A DNA stretch of 64,000 nucleotides from Candidatus Latescibacterota bacterium (lineage in GTDB: Bacteria > Latescibacterota > UBA2968 > GCA-2709665): contig CAXXJS010000028.1 in the NCBI GenBank assembly GCA_963662665.2, forward strand, positions 32,001-96,000, read 5' to 3'. A program made the position numbers and the translations under genes. The notes beneath the pieces were generated by a model, which had not been told where the DNA came from, did not search any database, and worked only from the letters and a program-made list of their open reading frames with translations. Shown in pieces: positions 36,104 to 46,425 of this stretch (its first letter is position 1; the number at the start of each line of letters is the position of its first letter).

Positions 36104-37795
36104 TCAGGGGCTGCCGAGCACGCGTTTCACACGTTCCATAACATGCTGCTGCAGAATCGTGAGCAGGTTGAACATGGTCCAATAGAGTACCAGCCCGGAG
36201 GACATGCTCCAGAATATCCACGTCATGAAGACGGGCATAATATAGACCATGATAGCCTGCTTGGGGTCTTTCATGGTCATTTTTGACTGCACAAACGTAG
36301 AAACGGCCATTAGCAGCGGCAACAGGTGGATTTCAAAACCGCCGATGAACAACCGGTCCGGTTGTGAGAGGTCGGTAATCCAGAACACGAACTCGGACTG
36401 GCGGAGTTCGATCGCGCCCCGGAACACATTGAACAGCGAAAAGAGGATGGGCATCTGGATGACCATCGGCAGGCACCCCCCCAGGGGGTTCACGCCCTCC
36501 TCCTTGTAGAGTTTCATCATCTCCCGGCTGACCTTTTGTTGATCATCCGGGTATTTTTCGCGCATCGCGGCGATCTTGGGCTGAAGTTGCTGCATCCTGG
36601 CAGCTGCTTCGAGGCTCTTGTGGGTTAGCGGAAACACCACGATCTTGATAAGCACCGAAAAGACGATGATGACCACGCCATAGTTCGGTATCAGGGGATG
36701 GAGCGCCAGAAAAGCCCGGAGATTCAGATTGGTGATGGGCTTTATGATTGGCCGGAACATGGCGAAGCCATACTCCATGAATTCTTCCATCTCCAATTCC
36801 CGGTAATTGTCCGACAGATCCCGATTCTGCTGTCTGAGCAGATCGTAGGATTTCGGACCCAGATAAACCCCGTATCTCTGACCTGGATCGACGCCCTTTG
36901 CCTGGATTTCGACGTCGTACCATTCTGCGGCGTCTCGCATGTCGCCGCCCAGGCCCAGGCTATAGCTGCCTTCCGGCGGGATCAGGGCAACCAGGAAATA
37001 TTTGTTGTGAATCCCAACCCATGAGATCCGCCCGCGTGGCGGAGGGTCGCCGTCTGGGCCGAGGTCCTCCACGTTCCAGGTTTCCACCTCACCGCCGGCG
37101 CGTGTGACAACTGCCATATAGGCTGCGTTTTCTTCCGGGCTGTTCTCGGTATCGGCGAGACTGCCCGACCAGCCAAGGCCCAGCTTCTCCTGAGCCTGCA
37201 ATCCGGATACGGCGACCGCAATATCCGCCCGGTACCGGTTACCCTGGAAGCGAATCCGTTTCTCCACCGTGCGCGTTCCCGGCTGAGCCCTGAAGATCAG
37301 TTCGGCCTGCTCGGACCCGATCAGCGTGAGCCTGGGTGTGTCGGTGGAAAACTCGAACTCATCCAGCGATTCACCGGCTAGCGACAGACCCATCGCTGTG
37401 CTGCCGGGCGTCATCAGATCCAGAACCCCCCCGTCCGGATGTTCGTAGGCCTTCAGGCGAAGGCGGGTCAGTACCCCGCCCCGTGTGCTGAACGTGGCGG
37501 TAAAAAGGTCGGTTTCGACGATGACGTCCTGTGGGATGAATTCGCCTTGGCCGTATTGGGCGATCCGTGGATCTCTCGATACGCCGGAGGACACTTCCGG
37601 CGCAGTCGGCGCAACCTCCGGTTGACGGACGGGTTGTTCGGGTGGAAGCGCCCGAGGCGTCCGAAGGCTTTGGGCGGGAACCCGCTCAGGAGTCGGGACC
37701 GGCGTCGGCTCCCCCATTATCCATTCCATATAATGGGGATAGAGTATGATGATCAGTCCGATTAAAATAAAGGCGAGGATTGTACGTTTATCCAT
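36104..37795 (-). CDS. yidC: Membrane protein insertase YidC
   Basis: MDKRTILAF, NYGVVII, LQPKI, LYKEEGVNPLGGCLPM, WITDLSQPD, SGLVLYW. Confidence 0.96.
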   Translation of the reverse strand: MDKRTILAFILIGLIIILYPHYMEWIMGEPTPVPTPERVPAQSLRTPRALPPEQPVRQPEVAPTAPEVSSGVSRDPRIAQYGQGEFIPQDVIVETDLFTATFSTRGGVLTRLRLKAYEHPDGGVLDLMTPGSTAMGLSLAGESLDEFEFSTDTPRLTLIGSEQAELIFRAQPGTRTVEKRIRFQGNRYRADIAVAVSGLQAQEKLGLGWSGSLADTENSPEENAAYMAVVTRAGGEVETWNVEDLGPDGDPPPRGRISWVGIHNKYFLVALIPPEGSYSLGLGGDMRDAAEWYDVEIQAKGVDPGQRYGVYLGPKSYDLLRQQNRDLSDNYRELEMEEFMEYGFAMFRPIIKPITNLNLRAFLALHPLIPNYGVVIIVFSVLIKIVVFPLTHKSLEAAARMQQLQPKIAAMREKYPDDQQKVSREMMKLYKEEGVNPLGGCLPMVIQMPILFSLFNVFRGAIELRQSEFVFWITDLSQPDRLFIGGFEIHLLPLLMAVSTFVQSKMTMKDPKQAIMVYIMPVFMTWIFWSMSSGLVLYWTMFNLLTILQQHVMERVKRVLGSP

Positions 37796-37955
37796 TCGAC
37801 AGCCCTGTTTTCGTGGTATGCAAACGTGACGCGTAGTTCCGGATGGACCAGGAATGCGAGCCGGGCGAATCCTGGCAATCCATTTACGGGTCAGAACAAT
37901 GGCGGGGGCGTAATGAGGAAGGCGACACACATTCGAAGACAAAGCGGAGGACGAT

Positions 37956-38318
37956 TCAACGAGGAAGCAACCCGATCGGCGGGTTGGTCGACACGGGAAG
38001 AAGATCCAGACTTCGAAACGCAGAGATCAGATCCGAGCGCAGATCCGGGAACCGTGCAGAGGCCGAACCGTCGCCAACGTAAATGACGACCATGTGACCC
38101 GTGCTGCCGTGCGGGACCATTTCCCTGCAGATCGCACGAATTCGCCGCCGCGCGCGATTTCGCGCAACTGCCCTTCCAAACCGCTTCCGCACGGAGATAA
38201 AGATACGATCTTCTGCGGATCTGCACGCACGGACATGCAGCCAGCGGCCCCTGAAAAAAGACCCGGTCCGGCGCAGATTCCGGACCTCACTGCGCAGCCG
38301 GGCATTTAGCCTGCTCAT
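37956..38318 (-). CDS. rnpA: Ribonuclease P protein component
   Basis: ISVRKRFGRAVARNRARRRIR (RNR motif); lies between rpmH and yidC. Confidence 0.88.
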   Translation of the reverse strand: MSRLNARLRSEVRNLRRTGSFFRGRWLHVRACRSAEDRIFISVRKRFGRAVARNRARRRIRAICREMVPHGSTGHMVVIYVGDGSASARFPDLRSDLISAFRSLDLLPVSTNPPIGLLPR

Positions 38319-38319
38319 T

Positions 38320-38454
38320 CTAGAGGGAGACCCGTTCGCGTCCCTTGCGTCGGCGCCGGGAAAAGATCAGACGCCCGCCAGGGGTCCTCATGCGATGGCG
38401 GAAGCCGTGCTTGTTTTTTCGTTTCCGGTTGCTGGGCTGGAATGTCCGCTTCAT
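38320..38454 (-). CDS. rpmH: 50S ribosomal protein L34
   Basis: [39 protein letters not shown]. Confidence 0.98.
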   Translation of the reverse strand: MKRTFQPSNRKRKNKHGFRHRMRTPGGRLIFSRRRRKGRERVSL

Positions 38455-38520
38455 TATATCGTCCGTGGGTTGTGCTGGAAACCGCCGTTCGCGTATCTGA
38501 ATGAATTGTAGGAAGTTATG

Positions 38521-38549
38521 AATATAGAGGGGGATGGAATCTTTGTCAA
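38521..38549 (-). promoter_or_regulatory. Sigma70 promoter of the rpmH operon
   Basis: On -: TTGACA-17bp-TATATT. Confidence 0.75.
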
Positions 38550-38585
38550 GGGATTTCGTCTGCATCCATACAATCACACATTATA

Positions 38586-38631
38586 CCACTATATATTGTA
38601 TTTACTTCACTTACTATCCATTATATGGCGC
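38586..38631. promoter_or_regulatory. Candidate tandem NrdR boxes
   Basis: CCACTATATATTGTAT (38586) and ATCCATTATATGGCGC (38616) against consensus acaCwAtATaTwGtgt. Confidence 0.5.
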
Positions 38632-38687
38632 CTCCACTTTACCGAATTACAATTGCAAAATAAGATGAATTTTCCGGTAAAAAGGGC

Positions 38688-38716
38688 TTGACTTTTCAAT
38701 ATCTATTCTTTAGGTT
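38688..38716 (+). promoter_or_regulatory. Candidate sigma70 promoter of dnaA
   Basis: TTGACT-17bp-TAGGTT. Confidence 0.5.
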
Positions 38717-39031
38717 GCTCCATCCAAATTGCCGAGCCCAGTTCTTTCGGCGACTCCCCCGCTATTTGTTCGTCATTACTTTTATCTTGATTATTCTTGT
38801 GACCGGACGGCCACCGGCAGGCCGCTTTATTGTCCGAACGTAAGGAATTCAACCCTTCCTCTGCCGTGAATTCCATCCCCCCAGAAAATCTTCTGTAATA
38901 CTCCCTCCAATAGATGATCTTCTGGCTTCTGGCGGGGCTCCGCGCACTTCCCGGCCAACTTCTTCTTATATTGCCAATCGGGTCCAGCGACGGCAAATGT
39001 CCCTCGCTGGCGTATGGGTGGTTTTGTCTAT

Positions 39032-40441
39032 ATGGTAGAAAATCCTTCCGACCTCTGGGGCCGGTGTCTGCGAAAAATAGAGGGGAAAGTCGAGGCGGAT
39101 GCGTTCAGCACATGGTTCGCACGGACGTCGTCACCGCGGCTGGGCGCCGAGACCGCCGTCATTGAAGTGCCAACCACATTTTTTGCGGAATGGCTTGAAG
39201 AACATTGGCTCGATTTGATCCAGTCTGCAATCGAAGAGATTACTTCCTGGACGCCGGCAGTCAGATTCATTGTCGAGAAAAATGTCCGGTCTTCCTCAGG
39301 GGCGCCACTCGATTTCCTGCCCGACGACGGCCCCGCACCCCCGCGGAACCGCGAACCCGAAATAACGCCGGTCGCTCCAGCACCTGTTTCCGAGGCTGTC
39401 TTTCCGCTGAATCCCAGGTATCGGTTCGAAGACTTCGTCGTCGGCGAGAGCAATCAATTCTCATTCACGGCGGCGAAAGCCGTCGCGGAGTCGCCCGGCC
39501 GGATATCCTACAATCCGCTCGTTATCTATAGCGGCGTGGGGCTGGGGAAAACCCACCTGCTGCAGGCGATTGGCGACTATTGCGTACGCAACAACACCGC
39601 CCGCCGTGTGGTGTATACCACGGCCGAGCGGTTCTTTACCGATTATCTGAAAGCCATTCAGAAGCGGGATTCATCCGCGTATATCGACATTTATCGAAAC
39701 GCTGACATTCTTCTGATTGACGACATCCAGTTTTACGTGAAGACCGAAGCGTGCCAGCGCGAACTCATTCACACATTCAACACATTGTATCAACTGAACA
39801 AACAGATCGTTTTGAGTTCAGACCGCCCGCCGTCAACCCTCAAGGGATTCGAAGACCGGCTTATTTCACGGTTTCAATGGGGCCTGGTTTCGGATATTGA
39901 CCGCCCGGACCTCGAAACCCGGATGGCGATTGTCAATCAAAAGGCGGCCGATCACGGTGTCCGGATTCCCCGGGATGTTGCTCGTTTCCTGGCGGAACAG
40001 GTAGATTCCAACATCCGGGAACTGGAAGGCGCCCTGACCCACCTCATTACATTTTCGGTATATAAACGCGCACCGGTTTCACTTGAAATCGCCAGAGATA
40101 CCATAAAGAGTCTGGGACGGGCGAACGCCATCGGGTCTACCTCAGTCAGCATAGAGGAGATCCAGAAAGGTACCGCGGGTTTCTTCAATATATCCGTTGA
40201 AATGTTGACCGGCGCAACGCGAAAGCAGGAAATCGCCACGGCTCGACATATCTGTATGTACCTCTGCAGAAGGCTTACCGAGGCGCCTCTAAAGGCCATC
40301 GGAACCGAATTCGGAAATCGGGATCATACAACAGTCATTCACGCGTGCAGAAACATCGCGTCCAGGCTTTCAACCGACGCCGATTTCCAGACGCTAGTCA
40401 GCCGCATCCAAAACAGAGTTCAGCAGTTCGCATCGGCCTGA
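39032..40441 (+). CDS. dnaA: Chromosomal replication initiator DnaA
   Basis: LNPRYRFEDFVVGESN, YNPLVIYSGVGLGKTHL, LLIDDIQF, NIRELEGAL, RDHTTVIHA. Confidence 0.98.
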   Translation: MVENPSDLWGRCLRKIEGKVEADAFSTWFARTSSPRLGAETAVIEVPTTFFAEWLEEHWLDLIQSAIEEITSWTPAVRFIVEKNVRSSSGAPLDFLPDDGPAPPRNREPEITPVAPAPVSEAVFPLNPRYRFEDFVVGESNQFSFTAAKAVAESPGRISYNPLVIYSGVGLGKTHLLQAIGDYCVRNNTARRVVYTTAERFFTDYLKAIQKRDSSAYIDIYRNADILLIDDIQFYVKTEACQRELIHTFNTLYQLNKQIVLSSDRPPSTLKGFEDRLISRFQWGLVSDIDRPDLETRMAIVNQKAADHGVRIPRDVARFLAEQVDSNIRELEGALTHLITFSVYKRAPVSLEIARDTIKSLGRANAIGSTSVSIEEIQKGTAGFFNISVEMLTGATRKQEIATARHICMYLCRRLTEAPLKAIGTEFGNRDHTTVIHACRNIASRLSTDADFQTLVSRIQNRVQQFASA

Positions 40442-40574
40442 ATCCCCATGCATCCCTGGTTTCCGTTATGGCCGCAAGGTCACCTGGAAGCTTTTTCAAA
40501 ATTCCCAGCGGTCTGCACGCCCTTCGTGCCTCATAGCCGCCGCCTTTTCGCTCTTACTCGGGAAATCACAGGTA

Positions 40575-40793
40575 ATTTTCAAATAGCTTCTCAATTGCGG
40601 CGAGAACCCTGATAGTTTACCTGATGCGCCGCGACAGTATAACGACCGATTTCCGTCCTGAATCGGTTTTTTCTGTTTATGTCCGTTCACGTCCAGTGAC
40701 CTGAAGTATCCTGGAAATCCGCCGTCAAATCGCCTTTACTCACTTGCGCGTATTCGACTTAGCGTCCCTGAAAAATGACCAATCAAAGTCAGG
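40575..40793. repeat. Repeat family R1, copy B (intron-free; equivalent site 40775/40776)
   Basis: GTTCACGTCCAGTGACCTGAAGTATCCTGGAAA...AATCGCCTTT...ACTTG...CCCTGAAAAATGACCAATCAAAGTCAGG; left boundary approximate. Confidence 0.85.
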
Positions 40794-40829
40794 CTGTTTA
40801 CCTCGCCCGAATTTTTAACTGAAAACAGC

Positions 40830-41210
40830 CCATCATGTTGTTAATGTCTATTGAATCTTAAATACATGACATCTAAAAATACTACAACGACATGGCCTGT
40901 TGAAAAGTGGAAAAGATCGAATTCGACCGATAAAATAAAGGAAAATCCGATCGTGCCATTGTTGAATCACTATGGAAACCATGTGTATATCCAATGTATT
41001 GTTCACCTCCATTGGACATGCAGTCCGCGGCTCTGAGGTTTTCCACAATTCATACCGAAAGAATTTCACAGACCGGGAACTCGGAAACAGATACAGGAGT
41101 AATTTCCTTAACTAACATAAAACCAAATATTTGTATCCATAATGTAAACGAGGTTTGTGCGGAACTGCACTGAAGTTATCAACAATGATGAATGTGGATA
41201 TCGTGCCGAT
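40830..41210. other. Probable oriC core (dnaA-dnaN intergenic)
   Basis: AT-rich stretch with degenerate DnaA boxes TGTGTATAT 40982, TTTTCCACA 41039, TTATCAACA 41176, TGTGGATAT 41193; canonical location. Confidence 0.6.
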
Positions 41211-41464
41211 GCCCGAGGCGGAATAAAGTAAGTGCCGTTCGCCCGCATTGGACGGTGATCCGGCAGGATCGTTCCCGTCGCCGGACGCACGGGGTACGCC
41301 TGGCCGGAACTGCGAATATTGTTGCCGTCCGGATCTGAAGCCACAGTGGCCGTTTCAGAGATGGTCGGAGGAGAATTGAGGGGCTTGGAAGGACCGGCTC
41401 CGAGAAGGCTTTCAGGGCGGTTCGAGAGCGGGTTTGCGCCGGACCCCGAAAAAGACAATAAACG

Positions 41465-41493
41465 TTGACAAATTCGATAAAAATCAGTATATT
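41465..41493 (+). promoter_or_regulatory. Sigma70 promoter of the dnaN operon
   Basis: TTGACA-17bp-TATATT. Confidence 0.75.
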
Positions 41494-41610
41494 ACGTTAT
41501 GGTATCCAACGGCCCGCCAAGCCGTTTTTTTCGATGAATACAAAGCGGGATTCAAACCTGGATTTCGATGGGGAAACGTCACGGGAAGGCGTGTTCCCGG
41601 GAGACAGAAA

Positions 41611-42810
41611 ATGAAGGTGGTTATTGAGCAGGAGATACTCATTTGGGGCATCAATTCGGTGCTGGATATCGTCCCGTCCAAAACAGCCCTTCCGGTGCTA
41701 TCGAATATTCTTGTCGGTACCAACGCGGGCGGGGAGATATTCCTTAGCGCGACCGATCTTGATATTTCCATTCACTGTATGCTCGCGGGTACCGTGGAAA
41801 CAGCCGGCTCAACCACGGTTCCGGCGCGGAAATTCGCCGAGATCGTACGGGAGTTGCCCGAGGGCCCCATTGTTCTGTCCGAAGAATCGGGGCGCGTAAC
41901 GATCCAGTGCCAATCGGGACTGGAAGGATCGTACGCCCTCATGACAACGCCCTCCGAAGACTTTCCTGAATTGCCATCGGAGGTCGAGGGCCCCGAGATG
42001 GTTCTCGCACCCGGAGAAGAAGCGGCCGAGGGTGTTGGCGAAGGCCAGCTGTTGCGTGAGATGATTCTGAAGACAACGTTTGCCGTCTCAAGAGATGAAA
42101 CCAGGCCGGTCCTGAACGGCGTATTCTGGAAGGTTGGCAGTGGCCGGATGACCATGGTGGCCACGGATGGAGCCAGGCTGGTCAGATACTCCAGGACGCT
42201 CTCCGGTTCGGAGGGGAGAGAGGTCTCCACGGAGGCGATCGTGCCCACGCGGGCGCTGAACCATCTGGTCAAGCTGGCTTCGGCAGGCAGCAGCCTGACC
42301 CGGGTGCAATTCGCTCAGAATCACCTGCTGTTCGATCTGGCGGCCGCCAACGGCTCCGCAGCGGACGCCAGGGGCGGCATTCGTCTGTTTTCCCGTCTGG
42401 TCGAAGGCCCCTATGTAGACTACGAGCAAGTCATCCCCCAGGACAACGGCACAACAATGAAGGTGCCCAATGCCCTGTTCATGCCCGCCGTCCGACGGGT
42501 CTCCATTCTTTCAAGCGCACAGACGCACCAGGTCCGCCTTGAAATGAACAGCAACCGCGTCGTACTCTCGGCCTCGAGCCAGGAAATTGGGGGTGAGGCC
42601 CGCGAGGTGCTCGAAGCCGAATATAGCGGCGACGAAATGGCGGTTGGTTACAATTCGAACTATCTCCTGGATATTCTCAGGCGTATCGACTCCGAGCAGG
42701 TATTGTTCGAGCTGGACGGGCCAATGGCGGCAGGGATCATTCGGCCGGCCGAGCAGCCGGAAGGTGAAGACTACCTGTGCCTGCTGATGCCGCTTCGGAT
42801 AAACGAGTGA
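41611..42810 (+). CDS. dnaN: DNA polymerase III beta sliding clamp
   Basis: LPVLSNIL, ATDLDI, DETRPVLNGV, VATDG, SRLVEGPYVDY, C-terminal LLMPLR. Confidence 0.97.
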   Translation: MKVVIEQEILIWGINSVLDIVPSKTALPVLSNILVGTNAGGEIFLSATDLDISIHCMLAGTVETAGSTTVPARKFAEIVRELPEGPIVLSEESGRVTIQCQSGLEGSYALMTTPSEDFPELPSEVEGPEMVLAPGEEAAEGVGEGQLLREMILKTTFAVSRDETRPVLNGVFWKVGSGRMTMVATDGARLVRYSRTLSGSEGREVSTEAIVPTRALNHLVKLASAGSSLTRVQFAQNHLLFDLAAANGSAADARGGIRLFSRLVEGPYVDYEQVIPQDNGTTMKVPNALFMPAVRRVSILSSAQTHQVRLEMNSNRVVLSASSQEIGGEAREVLEAEYSGDEMAVGYNSNYLLDILRRIDSEQVLFELDGPMAAGIIRPAEQPEGEDYLCLLMPLRINE

Positions 42811-42823
42811 TCGGCGATGCGTT

Positions 42824-43906
42824 TTGAACCTTACGGCGCTCAAGCTTGTCAACTATCGAAACTTCGATACAGTCGACTTTGAGTTTCCAGGCCGAAAAAC
42901 GGCCGTATACGCCGAAAACGGCGCGGGCAAGTCCAACCTGCTGGAAGCCATATATTTTCTTGCCATAGCCAAGTCCGGCCGCGGCTCAAGAGACAGGGAC
43001 GTCGTTCGATGGGGGGCGGAATACTTCAGCATCGATGCGGCGATTGCCTACAAAGACCGGTCCAGGTCGATCCGAATCGCATTTGATCGAAGAGCAGGCA
43101 AAAAAAAAGCGCTTCTGGATGCGGCCCCACTCCCTCGTCTTTCGAACCTTATCGGCACCTTTAACGCCGTTCTGTTCTTCCCGGAAGATGTAGACCTGGT
43201 CTTACGGGATCCTCCCCAGCGTCGCCGTCTCCTGGACATCCTTGTTTCTCAGTCTGAGACCTCCTATCTGTCCGATCTGGATCAGTACCGTCGTGTACTC
43301 GCCCAGAGAAACCGGCTGCTGAAGGAAGGTCAGGGGCGGACCCTGGACGTCCGTCATCTGGCGCCGTGGGACGTTCAGCTGGCCCAGCTTGGGGCGCGGA
43401 TTATTCGTGGCAGGCTGGGCGCACTGGATGCGATGCGACCCGCAATCGACGCGTATTACGGAGAGATTTCCCGTAGCAAAGAACAGATCGCGTCGGTTTA
43501 CCGCAGTCCCGTAAAGGCCGATGACCGAGACCGCGGGCAGGAGATATTGGAGGTCGAACTGAGGCAACGGCGGGCAGACGAAGCCGAACTGGGTTATACG
43601 CTGGTCGGTCCACACAGGGACCATCTCATTTTCACGTTGGATGGGCGAAGCGCGCACAAGTTTGCCTCCAAGGGCCAGCTCAAGAGCATTCTGCTGGCCT
43701 GGAAGCTTGCAGAGGCATTCTATCTGGAGTCCCACACCGGCCGTTCCCCTGTGCTGCTGCTGGATGACATTTTCGCCGAACTGGATCAAAACCGGGCAAA
43801 GGCCGCGATGGATCTTGTCGCTTCCTTCGGGCAGGTGTTCATTACGTCCGCGCGCGAACCCGACGTGAATTTCAAGGACCGGGGATTTCAATTGCTGGCG
43901 CTTTAG
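42824..43906 (+). CDS. recF: DNA replication/repair protein RecF
   Basis: NYRN, NGAGKSNLLEAI, RRRLLD, QRNRLLK, GPHRD, ASKGQ, LLLDDIFAELD. Confidence 0.95.
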   Translation: MNLTALKLVNYRNFDTVDFEFPGRKTAVYAENGAGKSNLLEAIYFLAIAKSGRGSRDRDVVRWGAEYFSIDAAIAYKDRSRSIRIAFDRRAGKKKALLDAAPLPRLSNLIGTFNAVLFFPEDVDLVLRDPPQRRRLLDILVSQSETSYLSDLDQYRRVLAQRNRLLKEGQGRTLDVRHLAPWDVQLAQLGARIIRGRLGALDAMRPAIDAYYGEISRSKEQIASVYRSPVKADDRDRGQEILEVELRQRRADEAELGYTLVGPHRDHLIFTLDGRSAHKFASKGQLKSILLAWKLAEAFYLESHTGRSPVLLLDDIFAELDQNRAKAAMDLVASFGQVFITSAREPDVNFKDRGFQLLAL

Positions 43907-43958
43907 CGGCGACTGCTGGCGCTAAAGCGGCGACGTCGCCGCCGCCTGGAACGTAAGA

Positions 43959-44306
43959 ATGGCGTATTTTGAAGAGCTTGAGCATCAGAAGCCGGCGTCC
44001 GGCCGTACCGGCGGCGGTACCGTCCCTCTGGAGGTAGCCCTCCGGGAGGCGGTACGGTCGCTGGGCATCGAGGCGCGGCTGCTCGAGCAGCGTGCGCTGA
44101 TGCTGTTGCCCGAGGTGATAGACGAAATCAGCGGTGTGCAGGACGCGATGGCCCGGCCGGCCGAGATTCGTCGAGGCGAGCTGGTGATCTGGATCAGACA
44201 GCACGCCGTGCGCCACCGTTTACTGTTCGAGCGGCATCGAATCCAGGCGAGGCTGAACGAGTCCCTGGGGCGAGACGTCGTCGCGTCGATTCGGTTCGGG
44301 AGATGA
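43959..44306 (+). CDS. DUF721 / DciA-family protein
   Basis: Position between recF and gyrB; C-terminal RLNESLGRDVVASIRF. Confidence 0.7.
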   Translation: MAYFEELEHQKPASGRTGGGTVPLEVALREAVRSLGIEARLLEQRALMLLPEVIDEISGVQDAMARPAEIRRGELVIWIRQHAVRHRLLFERHRIQARLNESLGRDVVASIRFGR

Positions 44307-44410
44307 ACGACGGCCGCGGCGGCGCGGATGGGCCATCATGACAAGCCCCGGGTGACAAAGGCTCAATTGGAGAAAATGCCGGGATAGACATCGATCCCAA
44401 CAAGGAGTAG

Positions 44411-46354
<1,944 letters not shown>

Positions 46355-46425
46355 GAGCGTAACGCGCCTGTCCTGCGGCCTGGCGGGAACCGGCGCTGAA
46401 CTGACAAACACTGGAGATATGGAGC

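Noticed and set aside
38703-38996. 97-aa minus-strand ORF upstream of dnaA
   Set aside because: No recognisable motif; overlaps the dnaA promoter/leader; unsupported
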